Of a stretch of DNA of 64,000 bases, positions 24,497-36,022 are shown in pieces. A model generated the notes under the pieces. It was given only the letters and a program-made list of their open reading frames with translations, was not told the DNA's origin and made no database searches. Source of the stretch: Podarcis muralis. Its lineage: Eukaryota. The position numbers and the translations under genes were made by a program. Positions within the stretch are counted from its first letter, which is position 1. Each line of letters begins with the position of its first letter. The stretch spans positions 5,704,001 to 5,768,000 of the forward strand of contig NC_135667.1 in assembly GCF_964188315.1 (NCBI RefSeq). Direction: 5' to 3'.

Positions 24497-24972
24497 AACA
24501 GCCCTACAATGTCATCTACCTTAAGTGTCCAGAGGAGGGCAACCAAAATGGTCAAAGGCCTGGAAACGATGCCTTATGAGGAACGGCTAAGGGAGCTGGG
24601 CATGTTTAGCCTGGAGAAGAGGAGGTTAAGGGGTGATATGATAGCCATGTTCAAATATATAAAAGGATGTCCTATAGAGGAGGGAGTAAGGTTGTTTTCT
24701 GCTGCTCCAGAGAAGCGGACACGGAGCAATGGATCCAAACTACAAGAAAGAAGATTCCACCTAAACATGAGGAAGAACTTCCTGACAGTAAGAGCTGTTG
24801 GACAGTGGAATTTGCTGCTGCCAAGGAGTGTGGTGGAGTCTCCTTCTTTGGAGGTCTTTAAGCAGAGGCTTGACAACCATATGTCAGGAGTGCTCTGATG
24901 GTGTTTCCTGCTTGGCAGGGGGTTGGACTCGATGGCCCTTGTGGTCTATCCCAACTCTATGATTCTATGATT
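24497..24972 (+). mobile_element. CR1 LINE 3' fragment
   Basis: [13 protein letters not shown]...[16 protein letters not shown]; CTATGATTCTATGATT tail. Confidence 0.88.
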
Positions 24973-25708
24973 AAAACAGATATACACAGTTAAGAGACAC
25001 AAGAAAATCCAGCTTTTGCTACGTTAGCTGAGAAGGTAGGTTTGCTTTTGGCCTCTAGAGGCCGCTAGAGACTGCAGTGAAGCCAGGAGAATATTTTTCC
25101 AAGGGAGCTGTTCCAACAGCACCAGGAAAATTTACTGTCTGCCTCCCACTGTAAACGTTTGACATTCCTTCTTTGTGAATTTAAAGCAAAGGAAAAAAGC
25201 ACCCGACTCCTTCGATAAGTGCTCAGCCAAATATATTATGATTACCTACATGTCTCAAACTAAAAGAGGGGGAAATGATCCCCGACTAATTAAGCAACAA
25301 TGTAAAATTTAAAATGACAAGAGCAAGAAGATTCAATTACGGTAGCTTTGTAATAAGTCTATTTACACAAAGTGTTATGGCTGAGGTGGCCCAAAACATT
25401 GAGAATACTCTCAGGATGGCCAGATTTTAGTCATTTCCTCACTAGGATGGGCAAAAGTTAGAAATGCTCTTGAGACTTGCTTGTTTCAAAGTCCCTCCTT
25501 TCCCTATTAGGAGGCATTAGCTAAATATTTATTTAGAAAACCCAGATTCCCAGCAGGCAGGTGCCTCAGCAGAACTTCTCTAACTCTCTCAAGGAAAGGT
25601 ATATTCTTCCTTTTCCATTCCCGCCTTGCTGTTTAGTGTGGGTTTTTGTGGCAAAATGGCCAAGTTCCCCGTTTGAAAATGGTCAGGTATTTATTTTACT
25701 TCTTAGAA

Positions 25709-25960
25709 CAGGAGTCAGCAAACTTTTTCATCAGGGGGCCGGTCCACTGTCCCTCAGACCTTGTGGGGGGCCAGACTATATTTTGGAGGGGGGGAAAAGG
25801 ACGAATTCCTATGCCCCACAAATAACCCAGAGATGCATTTTCAATAAAAGGACACATTCTACTCATGTAAAAAGACACTGATTCCTGGACCGTCTGCGGG
25901 CCAGATTGAGAAGGCAATTGGGCCGGATCCAGCCCCTGGGCCTTAGTTTGCCTACCCATG
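25709..25960. mobile_element. hAT (Charlie-like) MITE
   Basis: Same family; degenerate TSD TCTTAGAA/CCTTAGAT. Partial copies also occur near 29667-29895 and 31089-31268. Confidence 0.8.
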
Positions 25961-26418
25961 CCTTAGATCAAGATGTGTACATATTGAGTGGGTTGCTGCC
26001 TGCTTGCTTTGTATGCTTTTGCTGTCTGATAATTGGGATTTTGCTTCTGTGATTTTTTCCCCTGTTACTTTTGTTTCATACAAGAAGCCTAGCTTTCTTT
26101 ATTCCTTTGGTGTGGGCCTAAGGTTAAGGCTAAACACACATATTCATAAAAAGCGCATGTCTTAACTCCAGTAAAATATCAAAAACTTCTCGGTGGCGTG
26201 TGTATGAATGCACATGAGTGCTTGCACACACTAGTGGGTTGGTGACACAGACTGTAACACCATTTCTGAGTGTTTGTTTGCATGTATAGTTTCTTCTTAA
26301 ATACCCAGCATGATAACTGTCATATTGTACCAAAACAACAACAACAACACATCAGCAAGTTTTCTGTAGGGAGCGGCCTTCAGATTCCTTTCAAAAAAAA
26401 TTAAGTTCTATACACAGA

Positions 26419-26761
26419 ACTCTTGAGAGTCCCATGGACTGCAAGAAGATCCAATGCATCCATTCTGAAGGAAATCAGCCCTGAGTGCTCACTGGAAGGA
26501 CAGATCCTGAAGCTGAGGCTCCAAGACTTTGGCCACCTCATGAGAAGAGAAGACTCCCTGGAAAAGACCCTGATGTTGGGAAAGATGGAGGGCACAAGGA
26601 GAAGGGGACGACGGAGGATGAGATGGTTGGACAGTGTTCTCGAAGCTACCAGCATGAGTTTGATCAAACTGCGGGAGGCAGTGGAAGACAGGAGTGCCTG
26701 GCGTGCTCTGGTCCAGGGGGTCACGACGAGGCGGACACGACTAAACGACTCAACAACAACA
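26419..26761 (+). mobile_element. Bov-B/RTE LINE 3' fragment
   Basis: Same peptide and tail. Confidence 0.88.
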
Positions 26762-27210
26762 TACACAGAACATGAACCTGTTGTTTGTGATACATCAGAA
26801 CAAATTTATTACTGGGATGTACATTGTTAACAAATCTTCCTAATTCTTGGGAGTCTGTCCTCAGTCCCCAGGCATATAATAAATAGATAGTCCAGACATT
26901 TATTCTGTAGCGATATACCACCCCATGCAATTTCTTTTCCATTCAATAGGAATGTTCATTCAAATTTACCTATATAAAGATAGTCTAAGTCAAATGCAAA
27001 TCTGCAGCCTGTGACTTTATCAGAAATTTGCAATAACAATCTTTCCTGAAACTGAGTTTGCTCGTTTCTTTAGTGCTAGTTCAGCTAAAGCACAAATGAA
27101 GCTGGTGTGTGTAATGCTTTCATTTTGGTTAAAATATCCTCCGTCATCGCACAGAATGTTGGCTTTTAAAGCCCCAAGTTAAAAGCCGGATATTAGTTGA
27201 CTCTTTCATA

Positions 27211-27891
27211 GATCACTGTCTTTTTGTGGCGAAGGGGCTTGATTAACTCAGAGAAGCTATGAGCCATGCCGTGCAGGGCCACCCAAGATGGACAGGTCAT
27301 AGTGGAGAGTTTTGACCAAACGTGATCCACCTGGAGGAGGAACCGGCAAGCCACTCCAGTATCCCTGCCAAGAAAACTCCATGGACAAAGACAACAGGCA
27401 TATAAAAGTTATGACGTTGGAATATGAGCCCCTCAGGTCGGAAGGTGTCCAACATGCTACTGGGGAAGAGCGGAGGACAAGTACAAGTAGATTCAGAGCT
27501 GATGAAGCGGCTGGGCCAAAGCCAAAAGGACGCTCAGTTGTGGATATGCCTGGAAGCGAAAGGAAAGTCCAATGCTGTAAAGAAAAATATTGCATAGGAA
27601 CCTGGAATGTAAGAACCATGAACCTGGGTAAGTTGGATGTGGTGAAAAATGAGATGGCAAGAATAAATATTGACATCCTGGGCATCAGTGAACTAAAATG
27701 GACGGGAATGGGCGAATTCAGTTCGGATGACTATCATATCTACTACTGTGGGCAAGAAACCCGTAAAAGAAATGGAGTGGCCCTCATAGTCAACAAAAGA
27801 GTGGCGAAAGCTGTCCTGGGATGTAATCTCAAAAATGATAGAATGTTCTCCATACGAATACAAGCCTTTTAACATCACAGTGATCAAAGTT
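27211..27891 (+). mobile_element. Bov-B/RTE LINE 5' end with start of APE domain
   Basis: IGTWNVRTMNLGKLDVVKNEMARINIDILGISELKWTGMGEF. Confidence 0.88.
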
Positions 27892-28227
27892 GTGGCGCTG
27901 TGGGTTAAACCACAGAGTTTAGGACTTACCGATCTGAAGGTTGGCGGTTCGAATCCTGCGACGGGGCGAGCTCCTGTTGCTCGGTCCCTGCTCCTGCCAA
28001 CCTAGCAGTTCGAAAGCACGTCAAAGTGCAAGTAGATAAATAGGTACCACTCTGGCGGGAAGGTAAATAGCGTTTCCATGCGCTGCTTTGGTTCGCCAGA
28101 AGCGGCTCAGTCATGCTGGCCACATAACCCGGAAGCTGTACGCTGGCTCCCTCGGCCAATTAAGCCAGATGAGGATAAATAATAAATAAAGCGACTGGAC
28201 CTAATGGTCAGGGGTCCCTTTACCTTT
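27892..28227 (+). mobile_element. Sauria SINE embedded between Bov-B 5' and 3' parts
   Basis: Family head, body and tail. Confidence 0.85.
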
Positions 28228-28231
28228 CACC

Positions 28232-28340
28232 TAACATGAGTTTCACCAAATTGCGGGAGGCAGTGGAAGACCGGAGTGCCTGGCGTGCTCTGGTCCAGGG
28301 GGTCACGAAGAGTCGGACACAACTAAACAACAACAACAAA
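28232..28340 (+). mobile_element. Bov-B/RTE LINE extreme 3' end
   Basis: KLREAVEDRSAWRALVQGVTKS and (CAA)n tail. Confidence 0.8.
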
Positions 28341-31265
28341 ATGAAGCTTATTGCTGCTGGCCATCTTTTGCCGAGATTCCTGCATTGCAGAAGGTGGGAT
28401 TGGATGATCTTGGGGGGTCCCTTCCAAGTTGACTCCAAGTAACTAAAATCAGAGAATTCTCTCTTCCGTGTCAGTTTTTACGAAAAAGAGCCCTTCACAT
28501 TTGGGTTTTGAGATACGCCCCGGACAAATGCTTCGCCCATTAAACACGCTACCTCTTTATAAACTGTACAGCTGGGGATATTTTCGCAAGGAATACACTA
28601 CAGGCCACCTGGCCTTGTTGTCTAGATGCTTCCTGAACCCATCTCTTCCTCTCCCTGAGAACGAAGCAGTTCCCCTTTATCTGATGGCTTGCTGAGAACA
28701 TCCTCCCTATTTTTCAGCTTCTGCAAGGTCAAATTTCCCTCAGAGGTTCAAGTTAAGGCAAACAGGCGTGGCTTATCATTGTACAGTTGCTGCCTCTCCT
28801 TGGGTGACTTGATCCTGTAAGCCCCCTCATTGATGGGTCGCTGGAAGAGGGATTAAGAGCGGATTTTCATCCGAGACCTGCCTTTTCAGGTAAATCAAAT
28901 TTTTAATCTAATTTTCCTGATTTTGCTATTCGGGTTGCTATGGTGCGAAAGGAGCGATGTTTCGGAGCCGGAATGAAACTCCCTTTGCATGGTATTAAAT
29001 CTAAGTCAGAAAATTGAAAAGTTGCTGAGGTTGAATATTGCTTGGGTCTCGAAAGTTTGGGTCTGTAGCCTGTCTTGGGTCTCTTCCCATAGTGTCCTCT
29101 GACAAAAAAAGAGGAATGTTTGCTGTCAGACGCAGCTACGGTCTTATTTTATTCCGATATGTGTTGTTGATTCTGTGTCTCTTCCTTTGGCGATCAAGTG
29201 GGCTACTGGGACTTGATATATTGATGCGTAAATCTTGGTGACTCCTCTCCCGGGAGAAATCAGAAGGAGCTGATCCAAAGGGAACCAACCGTCTCTCCTG
29301 TTCACAATGACTCACCACATTCCGGTGGTTTGGAGTCTCCCCAAAATATAAGGCTAGTTCAAATAAGATGGATTTCTTAGAAGCTCTTCCGTAGACATAA
29401 ACTATTCCTGGCTGGCACTAAAAACTTTCAGCGCTCATTCGCAGCCAGGGAAGGCAGGTTTTGCAAGTCTTTGTTCTTTGGCGGTGAATTTTCAAGCTCT
29501 ACCTTAGCTTAGCTTACTTTAGATGCCCAAGAAATTCCCTTCTCTGCCCAGGGACTTGCATGCTGATTTCGCCCCCCGTATCTTGGACTCCCTATCCCCT
29601 TTGTTGCTGAAAAGGCCCCCACGTCTCCAGCCCAGCAAACCCCCAAGCAGGGAAAGGTATTAAACCATGGGTTGGCAAACTAAGGCCGGATCCGGCCCAA
29701 TCACCTTCTCAATCCAGCCTGCGGACGGTCCAGGAATCAGCGTGTTTTTACATGAGTAGAATGTGCCCTTTTATTTAAAATGCATCTCTGGGTTATTTGT
29801 GGGGCATCGGAATTCATTCATATATTTTTTTCAAAATACAGTCCGGCCCCCCACAAGGTCTGAGGGACAGTGGACCGGCCCCCTGCTGAAAAAGGTTGCT
29901 GTATTAAACTCTTTCTCAATGCAAGCTGCTGGCAAAAAGCTTCTTCCCCTGTTGTCGTTTTTCTGCCCAGCCTGGTCCTTCTTTCTTGGGGAGGGGATGC
30001 TCTCTTCCTCCTCAGTTATCATGCCCCCCCCCCCGAATCTCTGTGTCGTCAAAATCCATAGCATCCCGCTGTCAATATGGGCATTTTGCTCTCCGCCATT
30101 GCCTCCCATCTCCTTTCCCCTGAGTTTTACCCAATGCTGGATTTACGTATAAACTAAACGTATAAACTATAGCTCAGGGCCCCTCTCTTGGGGACCCCCC
30201 AAAAATTAAAGGGGAAAAAAACCCTGGATGTACATTTCCAAAATATAAGATAAAAAAATAAATAAAATAAAACTGACATTCAGCAACAGTGTTTTGTGTT
30301 GTGTAGGCTCCTGTGACGTAAGTCATGGGCCCCGTCTGCTAGCCTGCTCCCTAAAACATCACTGGTTTGCTATTATTATTTCATGTTATAGCAAGTTTCT
30401 ACAGACTAGATTATAAATCTTTGTAAAATGTGTTTCTAAAGGAACTTGTGTTATTGCCAAATGCCAATGTGTTTGCATGATTAAGTTTGTTATGAATAAA
30501 AAAATCATTTTAAGTTAGAGCTTAATATTTATTTCACTATTAATATACTTCTTCTTAATTGTGTTTCAGTTTGACAATTACTTTGATAAAATAAGTATTT
30601 TGTTATGTGCAAATGGCTTTAGATACTTGTTAGGTCCCTAAACTACCACATAGCATATATTCAACACAAAAAGCAGCGACAATTTGTTGTTGACAAAGGA
30701 CAGCTGGAAATATAAAAGGCCCCATTACCTTCAGTAGCTGAGGACCTCATCAAACCTACATCTGGCCTTGCTGAAGCCCCACAGATTCTCTCCCCAAATT
30801 CCCTCCCTCCCTGAAAATACTTTCTGTTTCTAAAGCAAGATGATACCTCGGCCGCGATGCACCCATTTCCCTGACCATATTCTAGTTCCCTCCTCCATGG
30901 AACCCAGACTTGCTTTGAAGGAAAACTCTTGCATGGGTTTTTTAACTCGTTTTGAGTCCCGTCACCTCCAGCTGATTCCGTTTGAGTTCCTGTTAGACTC
31001 TTTGTAGCTGTTTTCATTTTGGTTTCTGCTGGCCATCTCCGAAGTTAGCCAAAGCAGCTAGAGTTTTGTCCAGTGACTCAAATTTCTTACAGCAAACTTT
31101 TTCAGCGGGGGGCCGGTCCACTGTCCCTCAGACCTTGTGGGGGGCCGGACTGTATTTTGAAAAAATTATAATGAACAAATTCGTATGCCCCACAAAAAAA
31201 CAACAGAGATGCATTTTAAACACAAGGACACATTCTACTCATGTAAAAACACGCTGATTCCTGGA

Positions 31266-31512
31266 CCACCATAATTCAAAAGCATCCGTTCTTCGGCGAT
31301 CAGCCTTCTTTATGGTCCAGCTCTCACTTCCATACATCACTACTGGGGAAACCACAGCTTTGACTAAACGGACCTTTGTCGGCAAGGTGACGTCTCTGCT
31401 TTTTAAGATGCTGTCTAGGTTTGTCATTGCTTTCCTTCCAAGAAGCAGGCGTCTTTTAATTTCGTGACTGCTGTCACCATCTGCAGTGATCATGGAGCCC
31501 AAGAAAGTAAAA
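31266..31512 (-). mobile_element. Bov-B/RTE internal fragment
   Basis: FLGSMITADGDSSHEIKRRLLLGR. Confidence 0.82.
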
Positions 31513-31773
31513 CTATACAAAAACTATACCATTCTGTATTCCATTACTGCTTCCGTCAAAAGTTATTTACACTGCTGAATTTGTCTTAATGCTGTCCGCG
31601 TTTTCGTTTGCCAACACCTTTTTGTGCTTGGGCATAAGGGCGCTGGCGCTTCCAAGCCATGATTATGCTAAAATCCTGGCCCCCTCCTTCCTTTTCTATG
31701 GGCAGGCCCCACTTTTGCGGCCCCCGTCCCCAGTTGATAGGTGCGGGTGGGGAGCAGGGGAGGAAAAAAAATA

Positions 31774-32032
31774 CCGTATTTTTTGCTCTATAAGACTCAC
31801 TTTTTCCCTCCTAAAAAGTAAGGGGAAATGTGTGTGCGTCTTATGGAGCGAGTGCAGGCTGCGCAGCTATCCCAGAAGCCAGAACAGCAAGAGGGATTGC
31901 TGCTTTCACTGCGCAGCAATCTCTCTTGCTGTTCTGGCTTCTGAGATTCAGAATATTTTTTTCCTTGTTTTCCTCCTCCAAAAACTAGGTGCGTCTTGTG
32001 GTCTGGTGCGTCTTATAGAGAGAAAAATACGG
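31774..32032. mobile_element. pogo/Tc2-like MITE
   Basis: TA-CCGTATTTTT...AAAAATACGG; related copy at 6806-6968. Confidence 0.7.
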
Positions 32033-32209
32033 TGCCTACTGGAACCAGGACTTGCCGTTTAGTGCGGAAAAGCTTTCTATGCCCTGAGGCAGCCTGCTGC
32101 CCCAACATCCTGCCCTCACCAAATGTTTCTGACTGCAGCCCAGGTCCAAAAATCTCTGGAGAGCAGCAGGTCCAGGGAGGCTGCACCTCTAAGGTTATAT
32201 ATCTATTTA

Positions 32210-32455
32210 CAGTGGTACCTCGCAAGACGAATGCCTCGCAAGACGAAAGAGTTTTTCGTTTTTTGAGTTGCTTCGCAAGATGAATTTCCCTATGGGCTTG
32301 CTTTGCAAGACGAAAACGTCTTGCAAGTTTGTTTCCTTTTTCTTAAAACCGTTAATACATGCATTCCTATGGGAAACCGTGCTTCGCAAGATGAAAAATT
32401 CGCAAGACGAAAAAACTCGCAGAACGAAGTAATTTCGTCTTGCGAGGCACCACTG
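32210..32455. mobile_element. Tc1/mariner MITE (GCAAGACG-rich family)
   Basis: CAGTGGTACCTCGCAAGACG...CGTCTTGCGAGGCACCACTG with TA flanks; longer relative at 62249-62921. Confidence 0.85.
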
Positions 32456-32505
32456 TAATTGCATTTCTAGGCCACCTTCTCTGCCAAGGAAATCAAAGCT
32501 CTTGA

Positions 32506-32630
32506 GGAATAGCAAAGTCGGTAGAGCATGAGACTCTTAATCTCAGGGTTGTGGATTCCAACCCCACATTGGGCAAAAGATTCCTGCATTGCATGGGGTG
32601 GGCTGGATGACCCTCGGGGTCCCTAGGATT
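32506..32630 (+). mobile_element. tRNA-Lys-derived SINE with CR1-like tail
   Basis: GTCGGTAGAGCATGAGACTCTTAATCTCAGGG head followed by GGGCTGGATGACCCTCGGGGTCCC. Confidence 0.6.
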
Positions 32631-32865
32631 CGATCTTCAAGGTGGTTTCCGGGGGTTTTCCTGTTGTTATTCTGTCTCTCAAGGCTACAGTAAACCTACT
32701 ATGAAAATTATGGACTGGTCATTTCTTTGTCAGAGGGCAAACGGGCAAATTTAGCAGGGGATCAAATACTTTCCCCCCTCAGTGTACATACTTCCCCTCC
32801 CTTCGCTCCATTCCTGTGAGGTATGTTAGGCTGGGAGCCTCTGAGGCCACTCTGTGGGGATCTTT

Positions 32866-33810
32866 CTGGCTTTTTATAATAATAATGATGATAATAATAA
32901 TAATTTATCATTTATACCCCGCCCATCTGGCTGGGCTTCCCCAGCCACTCTGGGCGGCTTCCAAAAGAATATTAAAATACTATAATACATCAAACATTAA
33001 AAGCTTCCCTGAACAGGGCTGCCTTCAGATGTCTTCTAAAAGCCTGGTAGTTGTTGTTCTCTTTGACATCTGGTGGGAGGGTGTTCCACAGGGAAGGCGC
33101 CACTACCGAGAAGGCCCTCTGCCTGGTTCCCTGTAACTTGGCTTCTCGCAGTGAGGGAACCGTCAGAAGGCCCTCGGCGCTGGACCTCACCTCAGTGTCC
33201 GGGTAGAATGATGGGGGTGGAGACGCTCCTTCAGATATACTGGACCAAGGCCGTTTAGGGCTTTAAAGGTCAGCACCAACACTTTGAATTGTGCTCGGAA
33301 ACGTACTGGGAGCCAATGTAGGTCTTTCAAGACCTTTCAAGACCAGTGTAATGTGGTCTCTGCGGCCGCTCCCAGTCACCAGTCTAGTTGCCGCGTTCTG
33401 GATTAGTTGTAGTTTCCGGGTCACCTTCAAAGGTAGCCCCACGTAGAGCGCATTGCAGTAATCCAAGCGGGAGATAACCAGAGCATGCACCACTCTGGCG
33501 AGACAGTCTGCGGGCAGGAAGGGTCTCATCCTGCGTACCAGATGGAACTGGTAAACAGCTGCCCTGGACACAGATTTGACCTGTGCCTCCATGGACAGCT
33601 GTGAGTCCAAAATGACTCCCAGGCTGCACACCTGGTCCTTCAGGGGCACAGTTCCCCATTCAGAACCAGGGAGTCCTCCACACCGGCCCACCTCCTGTCC
33701 CCCCAAAACAGTACTTCTGTCTTGTCAGGATTCAACCTCAATCTGTTAGCCGCCATCCAACCTCCAACTGCCTCCAGGCACTCACACAGGACCTTCACTG
33801 CCTTCACTGG
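32866..33810 (-). mobile_element. L2-type LINE 3' fragment
   Basis: LGVILDSQLSMEAQV...LVISRLDYCNALY...RAFSVVAPSLWN; (ATT)n tail. Confidence 0.82.
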
Positions 33811-35060
33811 TAGGTTTGGTATGCTTTAACGTATTATAACCCCCCCCCCCCCAATTTTATTATTTTTATTATTTTGTAAGCCTCTTAGGTTTGTTTGTTT
33901 TTTCACAATCATACAACCAAGCAGTGTATAACTGTTACAGAATAAATAAAACAAACAAATAAAAAATGACTGACTTGGGGAGGGGATTTGAACCTTGGTC
34001 TCTCCCAGGCTTTGCCCCAAACTTTCTTTTTTGTGGTTGAATAATTCTTATTAATTTTCAGTTACAAAAATCCAATAGGCGCCATATTCCATTAACACCA
34101 AACGGCAATACCAATTCAAATACAAATCAATTGCGTAGGCAATTATAAATTTTGTTTGGCTTCCCACGTGCTGTACTTCCAAGGCCCGATTCCCTTCAGT
34201 TCTGCCTCCAGACTTTTGCTCAAACCAAATACAATCCACTCTTGATAAAATCCCTTATACCGCAGCTACAGTAATTAACTTCACTTCGCGTTCACACATA
34301 TAATAATTTGCAAATTCGCAAGCCAAGTTCTCCTTTCTTCTTCCTGTGTGAGGTTTTAATTTGTTCCTTTAATCCTTTATCAATTATTATGCCCATATTA
34401 GTTATTCCTGATCCCTGTGTGGCTTACGGCTTGAAGTCTCTCTCTTTCTTCTCAACTCTTCTGATTGCAACTGTAAAATTCCACTTTCGATTTCAGGCAA
34501 GGGAGTATTGCCCAGTCTTAAACCAGCAGTTTCCAAACCTTTTCAGCCTAGCGCACCCCTTTTACCAGCTCCATAAACTCACCCCCCTGACCCGACCCCA
34601 TTAGAAGCACGATTCAGATTTGCACAACCCACTAAGGAAGATAATAGCACAGTAAAATTAAAAAAAGAGTAGCAACTGACTGCACATTTTATTCAAAATT
34701 CAGTTGAAACCATTAAGTTGAACCAATTCGACAAACTGGTGAACTTGATTTTAAAAAATACCAGCTTTCCAAAGTCTAAAAACCAGGTGCCCCTCTAGCA
34801 CACACACACACCACCACCCTAGGAAACCCCCACCCAATTTGGGAAACCAGTGCTCTAACCACTGCTCCTTGCTGCCTTTCCACCCAGCGGGGTTCTGCCC
34901 CTCCGATTCTTTGGAACATCCTCCCATTGTGAAGGTTCATCCCTCTGTCTCCTTTTCTTTTTAATAATATTTTTTATTAGTTTTCAATTAAAATCCAATA
35001 ATAGCCTCATGATAACAACGCCAATTTATAATGCAATTATTGATACCAATCGTTCAAATC

Positions 35061-35403
35061 GGCCTCGGTCCAGTATACCTGAAGGAGCGTCTCCACCTCC
35101 ATCGTTCTGCCCGGACACTGAGGTCCAGCACCGAGGGCCTTCTGGCGGTTCCCTCACTGCGAGAAGTGAAATTACAGGGAACCAGGCAGAGGGCCTTCTC
35201 GGTGGTGACACCCACCCTGTGGAACTCCCTCCCACCAGATGTCAAAGAGAAAAATAACTACCAAACTTTTAGAAGACATCTAAAGGCAGCCCTGTTTAGG
35301 GAAGCTTCTAATGTTTAATAGGTTATTGTATTTTAGTGTTTTGTTGGAAGCCGCCCAGAGTGGCTGGGGGGACCCAGGCAGATGGGCGGGGTATAAATAA
35401 TAA

Positions 35404-35457
<54 letters not shown>
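35061..35457 (+). mobile_element. L2-type LINE 3' fragment with (ATT)n tail
   Basis: GLGPVYLKERL...FRRHLKAALF. Confidence 0.8.
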
Positions 35458-35459
<2 letters not shown>

Positions 35460-36022
35460 AATCCCTCTGTCTCCTGGAGGCTGGTCTCGGCTGCAACTGT
35501 GTTCAGCTGAACTTTTCCTTTCTTTCTATGGAAACTTTTGTTTAATTCTCGTTACGATTTTGTGTGAGGGCTCTGCGGAACTCCCAGCTGCTTTGGTTAG
35601 AAGGTTTAACGGCCTGCCTGCTTTTCTGACCTTCTGCAGGAGACGAGGATTCTTGGAAGAGAGAAGAAAACCCACTTCCTCAGAAACCAAGGGGGCCGGG
35701 CCAGACGGGGCTGCCTGCCTTTGTGGCCTGCCTCCACTTCCGCCCAGGCTGAGATCGCGGCACAGAGTGAGGGCTGCGTGTGGGGATTTCTACTGCCGAA
35801 GAGCTTTCTGCACAAGAAAGAGAGAGACCAGGAGGCCAAGCACCCCTGCAGGACTCATTTCAAGAGGTGGCCTTGACCCAGAAGCCCTCCTCCTCACCCC
35901 ACATCAGACTGACTTGAAGACCGGCCAACGTCGCCTTCAAGGAAGCCCAGGACCAAGAAGGGAGAGAGAGAGAGAAAGGAACACATTGACATCAACCTTG
36001 GCACCTGAGATCTCAGCTGGAG

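Noticed and set aside
32506-32575. tRNA-Lys gene
   Set aside because: Acceptor stem and T-loop are degenerate and it runs into a CR1-like tail, so it is a SINE head.
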